Below are positions 40,067-53,409 of a stretch of 64,000 bases of DNA, in pieces (within the stretch, counting starts at the first letter, position 1; the number at the start of each line of letters is the position of its first letter). The notes below the pieces were generated by a model that worked only from the letters and a program-made list of their open reading frames with translations, had not been told where the DNA came from and searched no databases. This DNA comes from Eledone cirrhosa. Taxonomy: Eukaryota. Made by a program: the position numbers and the translations under genes. The stretch lies in the NCBI GenBank assembly GCA_964016885.1, contig OZ024740.1, positions 390,910,001 through 390,974,000 on the forward strand. Direction: 5' to 3'.

Positions 40067-40191
40067 CAGGAGACAGTGGTCTAGATGTGGTAGGTGAAGC
40101 ATATGGTATTGGACTGGACACTGTTCGTGGACGGACATTATGACCTTGACTACTTGACACATCATGCTGCTTTGTCATTTCATTGAAATGT
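40067..40191 (-). CDS. CCDC6: CCDC6 exon (RHFNEMTKQHDVSSSQGHNVRPRTVSSPIPYASPTTSRPLSP)
   Basis: Contains the CCDC6 motif RPRTVSSPIPY. TAG acceptor, GTAGAT donor, phase 2 in and phase 1 out. Confidence 0.92.
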
Positions 40192-40254
40192 CTAACAACA
40201 AAAAAAAATATAAAGTCCAAACATTAAAAAATAAAAACATATTCATCTGATACA

Positions 40255-41606
40255 ACAATAACAACAACAATAACAGATTTAAAGATATTTTACTCGACGC
40301 CAATGACAGTAAAGAAGAACAGATACAGACATTCAATGTAGACGAGCACTGGGAGTTCCTAAAAAATAGTTTACTGAAGGTGACGGATGAGATCTGTGGC
40401 TAGAGTAAGACCCCAGGCAAGAGGAGAGTGACTTGGTGGTGGAACAATAAGGTAGATGAGGCAGTTAAGGCCAAGAGACAGGCATGGAAAGAATGGAAGA
40501 ACGGGGGAAGCAGGGTACATTACATAGAGACCAAGAGGGAAGCTAGGCGACAAGTATACTTAGCTAGGAGGGAAGCAGAGGATAAAAAATTCAAGCATGT
40601 TTTGCAACGCGAGGACCAGAAACAGGAGGTGTTCAAGATTGCGAGGCAATATGTCAGAGAGAATTGTGATGTCATTGGAGAGAAGTGTATCTGGAATGAT
40701 AAAAGTGAGCTTGCCCTCACAAGTGCTGAGAAGAAAGATGCGTGGAAGAGCCATTATGAAAGATTACTAAATGAGGAGAATGCATGGGAAGAAGAGACCC
40801 TACCCCAAGTAGACCCTATAGAGGGACCAGCAGTACAAGTCAGCAACAGCGTAGTAAGTAAGGCAATCAAAGATATGAAGACGGGGAAGGCAACCGGTCC
40901 ATCAGATATAGCTACCGAGATGCTGAAGGCATCTGGGTCGGTAGGTCACACCATAACCACATGTATCGTTAACCAGGTAATACTAGGTGTCATACCAAAG
41001 GATTGATGCAGTAACATCATTGTCAACAGCTACAAAGGTAAAGGTGATGCACTAGATAGAGGAAACTATAGAGGTATAAAGCTGATGGACGAGGTCATGA
41101 AAGTAACAGAGAGTTATAGCACAGTTGATTAGGGACCGGGTGAAACTAGATGAGATACAATTTGGGTTTGTGTCAGGAAGAGGCACCACTGATGTCCTCA
41201 TCCTTGTGAGGCAGTTACGGGAAAAGTACCTAGCTAAAAATAAGTCACTCTACCTGGCATTCGTCCATCTTGAGAAAGCCTTTGACAGAGTTCCCTGTGC
41301 TATAATCTGGTGAGCTCTTAGAAAACTAGGAGTAGATGAATGGCTTCTGAAAGCTGTACAACCCATGTATAGGGGAGCAGTCAGCAAAGTTAGGATTAGC
41401 AATGAGTATAGCGAGGAATTTAGCGTACAGGTTGGGGTCCACCAGGGCTCTGTTCTTAGCCCCCTCCTGTTCATCATAGTCCTGCAGGCAATAACGGAGG
41501 AGTTTAAGACCGGATGCCCATGGGAACTCCTGTATGCTGATGACCTCGCACTCATAGCTGAATCTATGGTAGAACTAGAGAATAAATTCCAAACTTGGAA
41601 GCAGGG
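40255..41606 (+). mobile_element. RTE-clade LINE reverse-transcriptase fragment (disrupted)
   Basis: TWWWN, KATGPSDI, NYRGIKL, QFGFVSGRGTTD, LEKAFDRV, GVHQGSVLSPLLF and LLYADD motifs across broken frames. Confidence 0.92.
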
Positions 41607-42172
41607 ACATCTTTAACCGTGTCTTTTAGTCTTCCTCTACCCACCATTCATTTATTTCCATCACTTCTACATTCATTTCCATCATTTCTCTCACCACATC
41701 ACTTTTATTCTTCCTCACCACATGACCCAATTTCACAACCTTCATCACTGACTAATCGTAATTAATAATTGTTTCTAGTTTTTGGCACGAAGCCAACAAT
41801 TTGAAGGGAAAAGAAAAGTCGATGAAATCGACCCCAGTGCATTACTGCTACTTTATTTTATCAACCCTGTAAGGGTGAAAGGCAAAACTAACCTTGGCGG
41901 GGTTTGAACTCAGAACAAAGGGATATAAGTATATGCCGCACAGCATGTTGTCCGACGCTCTACCAATCTACTGCCTATAAATAAGTGATTGGTGTAGTAT
42001 ATAGCAATATAGTAATTCACCAATGTACTGTATGAAACAGTATATTATATAAAAATACAGTTTACACTATAGTGATGGTTGTTTTCTGTTATGTTTAGTG
42101 TGTTTGTGAAATGCACAAAATTCAATCTAGAACACCCCAAACAGAAATCATCTAAGATCTAGAATACATTAC

Positions 42173-42329
42173 CTTTCATCATCCATTTCAAGACTGGATT
42201 CACTCTCTGAAAGATGTCTACAAAGACTCTCTCTGCGCTCCATTTCCATCTGAAGTTTGCGCTGTAACCGCAGATTCTCTTCCCTGATTTGTCTTTCTTC
42301 CTGTGCATATTGTGCCATTTTCTCTTCAT
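42173..42329 (-). CDS. CCDC6: CCDC6 exon ([52 protein letters not shown])
   Basis: Contains the highly conserved ENLRLQRKL...[14 protein letters not shown] motif. AAG acceptor, GTAATG donor, 157 nt, phase 1 in and phase 2 out. Confidence 0.96.
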
Positions 42330-42417
42330 CTTCACAACAGAAAGAAATTAATTAAACTATGTAATACAAAAAAAAAAGAAAAGAAAGGAAAACACAGGAA
42401 AAAAAGGAATGCATATT

Positions 42418-44631
42418 TTAACCCTTTTGATAGTAACTCAGCCAAAGCTGGTTCTAGTTCCATGAAACAAAACCACCCATTTTAAAGAGTGTCTATTATA
42501 TTAGGTGTCACTATGAATTCTTGAAAATATTTAAATCTAAATTCTACTGTAATTTTTCTTGGCAAGAACCCCCAAAAAATATTTTGATACCTCATTTGTG
42601 AAATTTAGATGAATAGTTTAGGAGATATGACAATTTGAATGGTCAGTGAATTGGTCAAAATCTTGCCTAATTTGGCTGAAATGAATAATTAACCATATTT
42701 GTGATGTCATCTTTGAAATTGAGGTGATAATCATCTTCAAATTACACAAATTTATAGTGTCCATAGGATGCCTATTTTTTTCAGGTTCTTGAAAATGAAA
42801 CCTTTTTTAATGGCAATTTTAAAAATATTTATGCAAAGCCTATTTTGTTGCATGTAACTAACAGTCGATTTCACAATGCAAGCATAAGCTTTTCATGTGT
42901 TTTCAGACCTAGCAAAATCCAAAAGTACAAGCCACAAGGACTTGAGTTTTGGCACATTTGTAGTAGGTATAGAATTAAATAAATTCTGAGATTTGAGGAC
43001 TTTATACCATTTCAATAAAATGTTAATGGACTATTAAAAATGGCTACAAACAATTAAATTACAGTGATTAAAGGCAAGTTTTTCAAGCATTTTCAGACAT
43101 GGCTATATTGTGATCCATTATTTGTAGAGGCTTCTGTTTTGATACACTGGTATGGCGTATAAAATGGAATCCTCTCTGTAAGTTTGGAGATTTATAATAC
43201 ATTTAATAGGTTTCCCTGTAGAGCTATGTGGAAGGAGCAACGCACACAGTTTGTTTGATCATTTTCATGTCAAAATAAATTTTTTTCCATGGATAATTAT
43301 ATATCATTTGAAAGTAGTGGATGTGAAATTTCTTCTCATACACTTTTGATCAAAATCCGACACTTAAATTTCATGCCAGGTTGTGAATTCAATATGAACA
43401 TTGCTAAGGCTTAAAAGTTAACCAAAGTATTACTCTCAGTCCTGTTACAAAGTGTTAGTGATATTTATCAATAAAATTATTCAATTTTATTTAATTATTA
43501 ATTTTAAAAATTCTCAGGATTGCATGTAGACTTAGATTAAAAAATAAGCAAAATGTGAAAATCCTGTAATCAAACTCATTAGGAGGAGAGAGAAAAAAAA
43601 ATCAAATTGGCATTATTATCGGACTTTAATAGTCTACAAAATATTCATTGCACAATGTAAATTTTATTGGTGAAATTTGACCAGTATTTTTTCAAAGAAA
43701 AGACAATTCTCACCTCGCTCTCCATATGTTAAAACAGTGAGAGGGAATAAACAACAATTCTCAATATGATAAGTCCATGCTCATTTGGGGCACTAGAAGA
43801 CTTATGTAACTCAATTTAGTGAATTTTTTTTTATAAAAATATGTTTATTTATCAATTAATTTGTCTATTTCTTGAAATTCTTGCTTAAAATCGATATAGC
43901 CATTTTTAATAGTCCATTGATTCATGTTCCGTTTCAGCTCTCACCGCTTTAACAAATAGCATTAATATGCATTGTAAACATCCATGGTATTCCCATTTTG
44001 GCTTTGAGCTTTTGTGCCATCTCGTGACCAGAATCAGCAATGGGTGATTTGAATTTGTTAAAACTTTTTCTTTCTTATTGAAGAAAATACGTTTTTTCTT
44101 AAGTGAAAATTAACAATAAAATTTTCATTTATATTTCATAACAATTGTCCGACCTACCCCAATTGATTTCTATTTCAAAACAAAACAAAAATAGTCCATG
44201 GGAAAAAATGTATTTTGACATGAAAATGATCAACCCAGAAATGGATTTTTTGGTTGTCAAACTGTGCTTGTCCCTTCCTGGAGCTCTACTGTGATATCTA
44301 ATTATATTAAATTATAATCTTCCAACTTAATTTTATATAAGAACCATCTTAGTAACGAGATAATAATTTTAGTAAATCCCTTAAAATCCTTCATTAACCC
44401 TTTAGCATTTACATTATTCTATATTTACTATTGTATTTTCAGAGTAAACACATAATTATCTCATAATATAATTTGAGAACAATACCTTAACATAAGTATG
44501 AGCAGCCAGTTATGGCTGGTTTGAACAGAAAGAGATGAGAGAATTCTGGCCGGATACACCGGTTTAAATGCTAAAGGGTTAATTATTGGAATAGAGTTAT
44601 TTCATTCAAAATATGGCCACAAAAAGGTTAA
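42418..44631. mobile_element. Family-B TTAA-MITE interrupted by a 1.8-kb element (42502-44300) and a family-A MITE (44394-44582)
   Basis: The MITE halves rejoin across the inserts. The large insert has TAGGTGTCAC...GTGATATCTA imperfect termini with ATTATAT on both sides. Confidence 0.6.
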
Positions 44632-44999
44632 AGAATGTGTTACTGAAATTGGGAGGTGTATATCAACATTGCCCTCACCAACCCATCCACCCAATATATC
44701 TCTCTTCCATCTCCTCCACTCCCTATATTACCCTCCACCCAATATGTCTCAAGTGTTCTTCCATCTCCTTTACCCTCACTTTCCATCCCCCATATCCACT
44801 GTACCATGTAACCAGGGGTGGCACTGGATCTGTTCAGCCTTCTCTTCCTCTAATGCTCACCTACCTACTCTCATATTTGCTGCACCATGCTACCAACATA
44901 ACAAAAGCTATCTTTAGTCCTGTCTGTTAAATCTCCTTATCAATTCCACCTCCCTCCCTTATCATGGAAGGATGCCTTACAACTATTTATACACTGCCC

Positions 45000-45216
45000 T
45001 TAACCCTTTAATGTTCAAACTGGCCAAAATTCTCTACCTCTTTCTGTTGAAACTGGCTGTAACTGGTCGCTCAAACTGATGTTAAGGTATTGTTCTCAAA
45101 ATAAATACTTTCAAAATCTCATAGTTCGATATTATGTGAGATAATTATGCGAGGTAAAGCCTTTACCATGAAAATATAATAGTATATATAGAGTAATGTG
45201 TATGCTAAAGGGTTAA
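45000..45216. mobile_element. piggyBac-like MITE, family A (TTAA-CCCTTTA...TGCTAAAGGG-TTAA)
   Basis: TTAA on both sides with CCC/GGG termini. Other copies at 44394-44582, 47562-47797, 50055-50858 and 51983-52164. Confidence 0.8.
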
Positions 45217-45934
45217 CTCTTATCATCAACATCTCTATGTCACTAGCCATCACTCCATTCCCCCAAAATCCTTTCTCATTGACATTTGCCACTATCTTCC
45301 ATCATCCACTACTCACTCAATCACCAGCAAATATGTAGCAACCATTACTCCTCTATTACTCCCTACAATACAGTCTCTCTTTCCCATTACACCCACTCTG
45401 TTACTCAAATTCATTCTATTTCTCCTATCATACTCTCAACTATTCACCCTACTACATTTTCAGTTGTGCTGCTTCTTCTTCTATCCACTGTTGTAGCTAT
45501 GTGCCTTGAATGAGGAGAGACAATGTCAGATAGTGAGTAACCCGTTAGTCACATAAGATTCAAAGCAAACTCACTCGTGTTGGCGCCACAATAAAATTCA
45601 CACAGTACACATAAATTGGTTGGCATTTGAGCAGAGACAACATGAAGTAGCGAGGACACCTTTAATCTTGCAGATTAATGCTGGTGCCATAATAAAATGT
45701 ATCTAGTACACTCTGCAAAATGATAGTGCTGGTACCATAATAAAATGGTAAATATTAGGAAGGACATCCAGCCATAGAATCATGAGAAAAATGGAGTCAA
45801 AATGGGTTGGAGATGCAACAACCTGTCCAATCCATGTCAACATAGAAAAAGGATGCAAAATGATGATGGTGAGAATGATGAATATATTGCATTCATGATT
45901 TATTAAGTAAGGAGAGATAATAAATGATACATAC

Positions 45935-46092
45935 GTTCTGTTTGAGCTGCTTGTAGTTGCTGCTTCAAACGGGATACCTCAGCTCGCAGGTGTTCTATGT
46001 GCTGGGCCAGGTTCTGTGCAGTATCCCCGTTATTCATATCACGTGGGGAAGGGGGTGAGGACACAGGTTGATCAAGTTTTGCTTGTAACATT
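45935..46092 (-). CDS. CCDC6: CCDC6 exon (RMLQAKLDQPVSSPPSPRDMNNGDTAQNLAQHIEHLRAEVSRLKQQLQAAQTE)
   Basis: Contains the KLDQPVS.PPSPRD motif. TTTCAG acceptor, GTATGT donor, phase 2 in and phase 1 out. Confidence 0.96.
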
Positions 46093-46132
46093 CTGAAATA
46101 GTAAATAGTAAAATTGTTTAACTTAACATCCA

Positions 46133-46475
46133 TGGAGGCACATGGCTTAGTGGTTTGAGCATTGGCCTTGCAATCGAAAGGTTGTGAGTTCAATTCTCAG
46201 AACGGGTGATGTGTTGTTTCCTTGAGCAAGACACTTTATTTCACATTGCTCCAGTTTACTCAGCTGTAGAAATGAGATGATAGGGACTGGGGTCCATATC
46301 ATTCCACTGCAAAGTGGTTGTGGAGGCGCCACGGCAAAAAAGCACCCAGCACTCACTGTAAATGAGGTTGGTGTTAGGAAGGGCATCCAGATGTAGAAAT
46401 CAAGCCAGCATCAGTTCCCGTCCTACCCTTGCAAGCAGGGAAAAAGCGGACGTAAAATGAAATGATGATGATGAT
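46133..46475 (+). mobile_element. tRNA-derived SINE (family 2) with an RTE-derived 3' tail
   Basis: TGGCTTAGTGG A box, GAGTTCAATTC B box, central TCCTTGAGCAAGACACTT motif. The tail is nearly identical to the RTE 3' UTR at 50595-50785 and ends in (GAT)n. Related heads at ~25198 and ~34228. Confidence 0.85.
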
Positions 46476-48202
46476 CCTCAACTACATGATACCACATTTG
46501 CAAGACAGTCTTATATCACATTAAAAATTCAAGTCTATCTACTAGTAAAGATACTATAAACATTTAAATTAACAAACCCTCATTTTGATATTTTCTGCAA
46601 AGTGGCTGTTAAGAGTTCAACTGCCAGTTCAAAATAAGCAAATGTCTTTAATACCAGAAATCTACTTGAATACTAATTGTTTCTACTTTTTGGTACAAAA
46701 CCAGCAATTTAAAGGGACAGAGAAAGTTGATTAAATCAATACCAGTGCATTACTGGTATATTATTTTATTGACCCCATAAAGATGAAAGGCTAAGCTAAC
46801 CTCAGCAGGATTTGAACTCAGAATACTATAACTATATGCTGCAAAGAATGTCCATAGCTCTACTGATACTGCCAATCCATTGTTTTTATTGGCTACAAGG
46901 GCCCAAGACATTGGGAACAACACAAGAACAAAGAAAACAGAGCACAAAGTAGAGTTTACATCAAGTACAAGAGAGGGGACATCACCACAGTGAAAACAGT
47001 AGGAATAACAATAAAATTTGTAATAAATATACATAATAGAAAACAATAACAAATGTCAACAAGGACAAGTTCTTCAATAGTAGGGGACTGCACTTTAGGG
47101 TAATTCCAGGGAGAAAGCCCACAAAAAACCTGCTGCTTCACTTGCAAAGTACCCTTCTCCCAGTTTCTTTATACCTGCTTAGAAAAGCAAAGTCAGAGGA
47201 GACTCATAAATCTTGCCACTTTCACCCATCTTGCATAAAACACACTAGATGACAAACCTCCCTCTCAACCATCACCTTCCTCCTCAAGTGAAATTTGAAG
47301 AAGTTGATGCAGGCTTGACCAGAGGAGAAAATTCCTATCCTTTTAGCCAAATCCACCATCCTTTGCCATAGCTACTAGGCAGATGAATACTTGCTGTGCA
47401 TCTCTTCTAAAAGAAGGTGGCAGTTCAACTTTCACTATGGACCCAGCTGATAGCCGGATCTGTTCTACACCTGAGCGCTGTTGTTGATAATTTTTTCTAA
47501 CATTTTAATGGTTGTTTCTACTTTTGGCACAAAGCCAGCAAGATGGAAAGTGGAGAATTAATTAACCCTTTAGCATTTACATTACTTTATATATACTATT
47601 GTTTTTGCTTTTTTTGTGGTAAAGGTTTTATCTTACATAATTATCTCACAAAATATAAAATCTATGATATTTTGATGTTATTTATTTTGAGAACAATACC
47701 TTAACATCAATATGAGTGGCCAGTTATGGCCAGTTTGAACAGGAAGAGATGAGAGAATTCTGGCCGGATACGGCCAGTTTAAATGCTAAAGGGTTAAATT
47801 GACTCCAGTGCATTATTGGTATGTTGTTTTATTGACCTCAGAAGGATGAAATACAAAATTGACCTTGGTGAGATTTGAACACAGAACAATCAATTACCAT
47901 TATCATCATTATATGTCTATTTTACATGCTTACATGGGTTGTCACATTCTAAGATAAGACATGTCAGATGACTGTATCGCTCCTATGTACTCTGGCATGC
48001 TTTCTACGGCTGGATGCCCTTCCTGATGCAAAAAACTTCACAATGTGGTCTAAGAGCATTTTATTATGGCACCAGTGCTACAACTTTACAGTGTAGGCTG
48101 GGTGCATTTTATCATGACACGAGCACTTCCACATTCTAACGTGATCAGAATGCATTTTATTGTGGAGCCCACATTACCACATTTCTAATTTTCTGAGTGT
48201 AA

Positions 48203-49357
48203 TCTATATATATAAAACTGTGGTTGTCTGTCTGTCTATCGATTTTTGGCACACATCTCCTCTTAGAATCTCTCACGGAATTGCACCGAAATTGCTATAC
48301 TTGTACATTGAGCCCTAGCGAAGACATCGGAAAAAAAAAAATTTAAAATTGACCCACCCTATGTGACGAAATCGAATATAATGTATCGATTTTTGAGCGT
48401 AAGTTATCAGTTATTTCCCTTTGTTCTGTTTACATTGAGCGTCTTACGTAAAAAATTACGCTGGCTTTAACAGTTGTCGAGCCAGCAAAATATTGACCTG
48501 CAAAATTCATCAGTTCGAACACTAAGCTTCCGTTTTGCTTCATTTCCATTTAAAAGCATTTTAAAACAATATTTTTACTTGAAAACAAGTCTATTTAAAG
48601 ACTACGTAAAACAAGCAAATATTTCGTCGTTAGGCGTGCAGACAGACAGTCGTGCAGAGAGGTGATATACGCGTGCAGACAGACAGTCGTGCAGAGAGGT
48701 GATATACGCGTGCAGACAGACAGTCGTGCAGAGAGGTGATATAGGCGTGCAGACAGACAGTCGTGCAGAGAGGTGATATAGGCGTGCAGACAGACAGTCG
48801 TGCAGAGAGGTGATATAGGCGTGCAGACAGACAGTCGTGCAGAGAGGTGATATAGGCGTGCAGACAGACAGTCGTGCAGAGAGGTGATATAGGCGTGCAG
48901 ACAGACAGTCGTGCAGAGAGGTGATATACGCGTGCAGACAGACAGTTGTGCAGAGAGGTGATATAGGCGTGCAGACAGTCAGTCGTGCAGAGAGGTGATA
49001 TAGGCGTTCAGACAGACAGTCGTGCAGAGAGGTGATATAGGCGTGCAGACAGACATAACTGATAATTTGGTTACGCTAATGTTTTTCTCTGCGTTGCAGT
49101 GTTTACATTTTCGATCTTTGTTAATAAATAACCAGTGCAGTTTTTATCCCCAGCATCCTCTTTTGTTATAACATTCGGGTTATCGTTGTTTTCTTAACTT
49201 CATAAGGCATATTGTTGGTTGAGGGAATATTAATCAAAAACACCACATGCAAGTTGCACAGTAGACACTACAGTTTTTAAGCCAAAAAAGAAACTTAACA
49301 TTGTAACTTTAACACAGCTACTGAGCGACCCCGAGCAACGCCGGGCTTTACTGCTAG
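48203..49357 (+). mobile_element. Non-autonomous Helitron-like element containing a 37-bp tandem array
   Basis: A|TC start (TCTATATATATAAAAC), subterminal CCCGAGCAACGCCGGG hairpin and CTAG|T end. No TSD. Confidence 0.85.
48633..49055. repeat. 37-bp minisatellite, about 11.4 copies
   Basis: Unit GGCGTGCAGACAGACAGTCGTGCAGAGAGGTGATATA, near-identical copies with no unique spacers. Confidence 0.95.
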
Positions 49358-50196
49358 TGTTTTATAAAATAAAGGGAAAAATTGTTGTTATATCCCATGT
49401 AGTAGTACCTACTGCATCTATTTTACAATTTCGGTTAACGTCCATTTTCCACACTAGCATAGGTAGGACAGGCGGTCCCTTAGTGGCGGTCCCTTGATTT
49501 GCATACATAGAACTGATTTTGGCTGGTGTGGCCTGAGTGCTTTTTGTTGTGACACCTACACAACCACTTTACAGTGAGGGCTGGACACAATGTCGAGGCT
49601 CCAGGGACTTGGATGACCTGGGCTGAGGTGGTTAGAGCTGACGTTAAAATGCTAAACTTCACAGAGGAGATAACAAAGGAATGCTGTGAGTAGAGGGAGG
49701 TTGTGCTAGAGAAGACCTGTCCAACATATGCAAACATGGAAAAGTGGACATAAAATGATAATGTTGATTAAAAATATTCTGAAGAATATCAACTATAATC
49801 ACATAAAATATTCAAGTCTTGTTGAATATTAAATCCAAGATAAGAAATTTTCCTTATTTAGTTACTAACATATATTCTTTCTTTCCTCTATTGAATACAT
49901 ATTAAATATAAAAAAAAGCATTGAATACAAATAGTTGGTAGTATCGGTAGAGCATCAAACATGCTTCATGGCATAGGGTTACGTCCCTTCCTGCTTTGAG
50001 TTCAAATCCCCCCAAAGTTAGCTTTGCCTTTCATCTTTATGGAAATAAAGACGATTAACCTTTAACATTTAAACAGGCTGTATCCGGCCAAAATTCTCTC
50101 ACCTCTTTCTGTTAAAACTGGCCACTCATACTGATGTTAAGGTATTGTTCTCAAAATAAATAATATCAAAATCTCATAGATTTGATATTATGTGAC

Positions 50197-50785
50197 ATAA
50201 ACGAATTAAGAGAGAGACTGAGTATAAGAAGAATCAAATGCTGTGTGCAGGAGAGGCAGTTGCGTTGGTATGGACATGTGATGCGTATGAAGGATGACAG
50301 CTGCATAAAAAGGTGCAGAGCACTAGAAGTCGATGGAAACCTCGGAGTGGGGGAGACCCAAGAAGACCTGGGATGAGGTGATAAAAGCCGACCTTACCCA
50401 ATTACACCTCTCAAAGGCGATGACACACGACCCTGACCTCTGGCGTCACGCAGTAATAGAGAAGACCCAACCCTAACGGGTACAAGCTGAAGCATATAGA
50501 CAATATGCCCCCACACCCTCCCACTGCAAAATGGTCACGGCAAAAAAACACCCAGCCCACACTGTAAAGTGGACGTGTAGGCGCCATGGAAAAAAAGCAC
50601 CCAGCACTCACTGTAAATGAGGTTGGTGTTAGGAAGGGCATCCAGCTGTAGAAATCAAGCCAGAATCAGTTCCCATATGAGCAAGGCATGGTCAGCCGAC
50701 CGGACACTGCCCACAACAGGACAACCCGTCTAACCCATGCTACCGTGGAAGAACGGACGTAAAACAGTGATGATGATGATGATGA
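50197..50785 (+). mobile_element. 5'-truncated RTE LINE inserted into a family-A MITE
   Basis: INELRERLSIR...QLRWYGHVMRM coding end, 3' UTR and (GAT)n tail. MITE sequence resumes after the tail. Confidence 0.9.
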
Positions 50786-51480
50786 ATTATGTGAAGTAAA
50801 GTCTTTACCATGAAAATATGATAGTATATATAGAGTAATGTAAATGCTAAGGGGTTAAATTGACCTAAGTATTTAATTGGTATTTATACCTGGGAGTGAA
50901 AGGCCTCTAGTTGTTGTCACACCTTTCTAGGAGAGGGAAACACTGAAAACAAAAACCTGCAGCTTCGAAAGTATCCGATGATGTTTGACCAGTTCTCCTT
51001 TTTGGGTAGTGTTTTTAATGCTCAGAGTGGGATTGGTTGATTGCAAGGCCTTTCCCCACTTTAAAAACCTTCAAAGCACAGGCATTGCTTGTTCAGGATA
51101 TGTTACTGGTTCGTGTGGCTGGCCGTAGCCTAAAAGTGCACCAAACTCTATAATCTGACAAGTGATTGCAATACTCTTAGAATCTGCAGCCATTGTATAA
51201 TAATATTAATGCTAGTACCGGTTGCATCTCAGCGTACTCAATGGGTAGGGCTATGTAAAAATCCCAGAGTAAAATGGGTACCATTAAAAAAAAATACTAT
51301 TTGGATGGCCACTGACTTGAGTTCCTCCGCCCTAAGCCGGGTCTTGTATTTCATGCTGTAGGGTGTCCAAATATCACCCTCCTCACCAAGCTAGCTTAGT
51401 GGGGTTGCCTGTTTAGTCGCTGACGACCCGACCATGAGACAGATTGTACTGGGTTCCATGTTACTAGTAGCACTGATATC

Positions 51481-51521
<41 letters not shown>

Positions 51522-53409
51522 GCCTAGCTTTATTACAATTTAGTGAAGAAAGGAAATATTGCTTATTCAATCAGTTAAACAATAGCTTATCTAGCAGTAG
51601 AATATAAACACATTTTATATCCATTTCCACACAATACTAAAAGCACAGCAGGCCTGGACCTACCTATTCTTTCTCTTTACGTTTCGAGTTTCCCTTATTT
51701 CCACCATCCCACCACCAATCTGTTCAGCCCTGATTACTTTCTTCTAAATTTCCTTTGGTCTATATTTATATTAATTGTCTCTAGATACATTCCTGGTAGT
51801 AGTTTAAGCTTTCCAGAACCTTTTAACGGATTTTCCTTTGGGAATTCATTATATGAATAGCTTCTGTCTAGTTTTTTTAGTTTTCTTTATTATTTTCCAA
51901 CAAACAAAATTACCAAAGTTTAACCCTTTTTATAGCAAAGAACCTGAAACTGTATCAGATTCTACAATACAAAGATGGTTGTTTAACCCTTTAGCATTTA
52001 AACTGGCCATATCAGGCTGTAACTGGCTGCTCATACTTATGTTAAGGTATTGTTCTCAAAATAAATAATATCAAAATCTCATAGATTCGATATTATGTGA
52101 GATAAAGCCTTTACCATGAAAATACAATAGTAAATATTGAATAATGTAAATGCCAAAGGGCTAAAGGTGTTTATATATAAAATCTATAAACCTATTAAGC
52201 CATTTGTTATCATATTTATAGATTGGCAGAAACACTAGTGTTGGAAAAAATTGCTTGCTACAACTTTGACTTAATCCTTCTGGGGATTGGTAAAATAAAG
52301 TATGTCAAGTTCTAAAGTTGATATATTCAATTTATCTCCCACCACCACCCAAATTGCTGGCCTTGTGCCTAAATTAAAAACACCACCTGCAATTTTCAAA
52401 TAATTTTGAAAATAATCAAGAATTTGTAGGGATTTAAGTTGGTGTGTGGACACAGCTTACATAAAATCTACCAAGTATACAGGAGAGGCTGCCATGTCTT
52501 CGACACAACTGAAGAGTCCTCCCAGCCCTTTGTTTGGTAAACTTTCTACAGTTGGATGCCCTTCCTATCATCAACCACTTTACAGCATGTACTGGGTGCA
52601 TTTATCATATAGATCACCAGCACTAGAGAGGCTGTCATATCTTTGACACAACTGAAGGGTTCGCCCAGCCCTCTTTTGGTAAGCTTTCCAAGGCTGGATG
52701 CCTTTCCTATCACCAACCACTTTACAGCATGTGTTAGGTGCGTTTATCATGTAGGTCACTAACACTAGAGAGGTTGCTGTGGCAAGACTGAAGAGTCCTC
52801 TCTCTACCTTTTTTTATTTATGATAAATAACAATGTTGCATATACAGGATATACACATATATACATGAAATATAACAATGCCATACATACAAGATATAAT
52901 GCTGTATATAGATAATATATAAACAATAGTAATGTGGAATAGATGACCATCTTCATGTATTCTGTAAATCTAAAGCTGAAGTCAATCAAATCTATTCATT
53001 AGTCATCTTTTAAGCAAGTATTGTTCTGTATACCATGGCTATTTCCAAAATTGTTAATTTTGACTGTCATTCATCAAAACAATAGCCAAATATTAACAAA
53101 AAACACAACAGTTATAGCTGTCATATTCACATATAAGGGAAACTCTCTTTTAGCTTTTGACTGGTTTAAGGGGTGAGATTGTGGTCATGCTTAGGTACCA
53201 TCTTCAAAGTTTAGTTGATCATATCAACCCCAGTACTTTTCCATTGATTTCTATTGAACTGCTAAGTTATATGACATAAACAACTAGTAAATGTTAACAC
53301 ACACACACATACATACATCCATTATTATTTTACATCTGCATTTCCCTGTTGGCATAGGTTGGACGGGTCATTACAGACCAAGCCAGTACTTAATAATGGG
53401 GCCATCTCT

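Noticed and set aside
46133-46205. tRNA genes at SINE heads (also ~340-430, ~8930-9008, ~25198)
   Set aside because: A and B boxes are present but there is no intact cloverleaf, and each continues into a SINE body.
48633-49055. CRISPR-like array (37-bp period)
   Set aside because: Units are contiguous with no unique spacers, the context is eukaryotic, and it sits inside a Helitron-like element.
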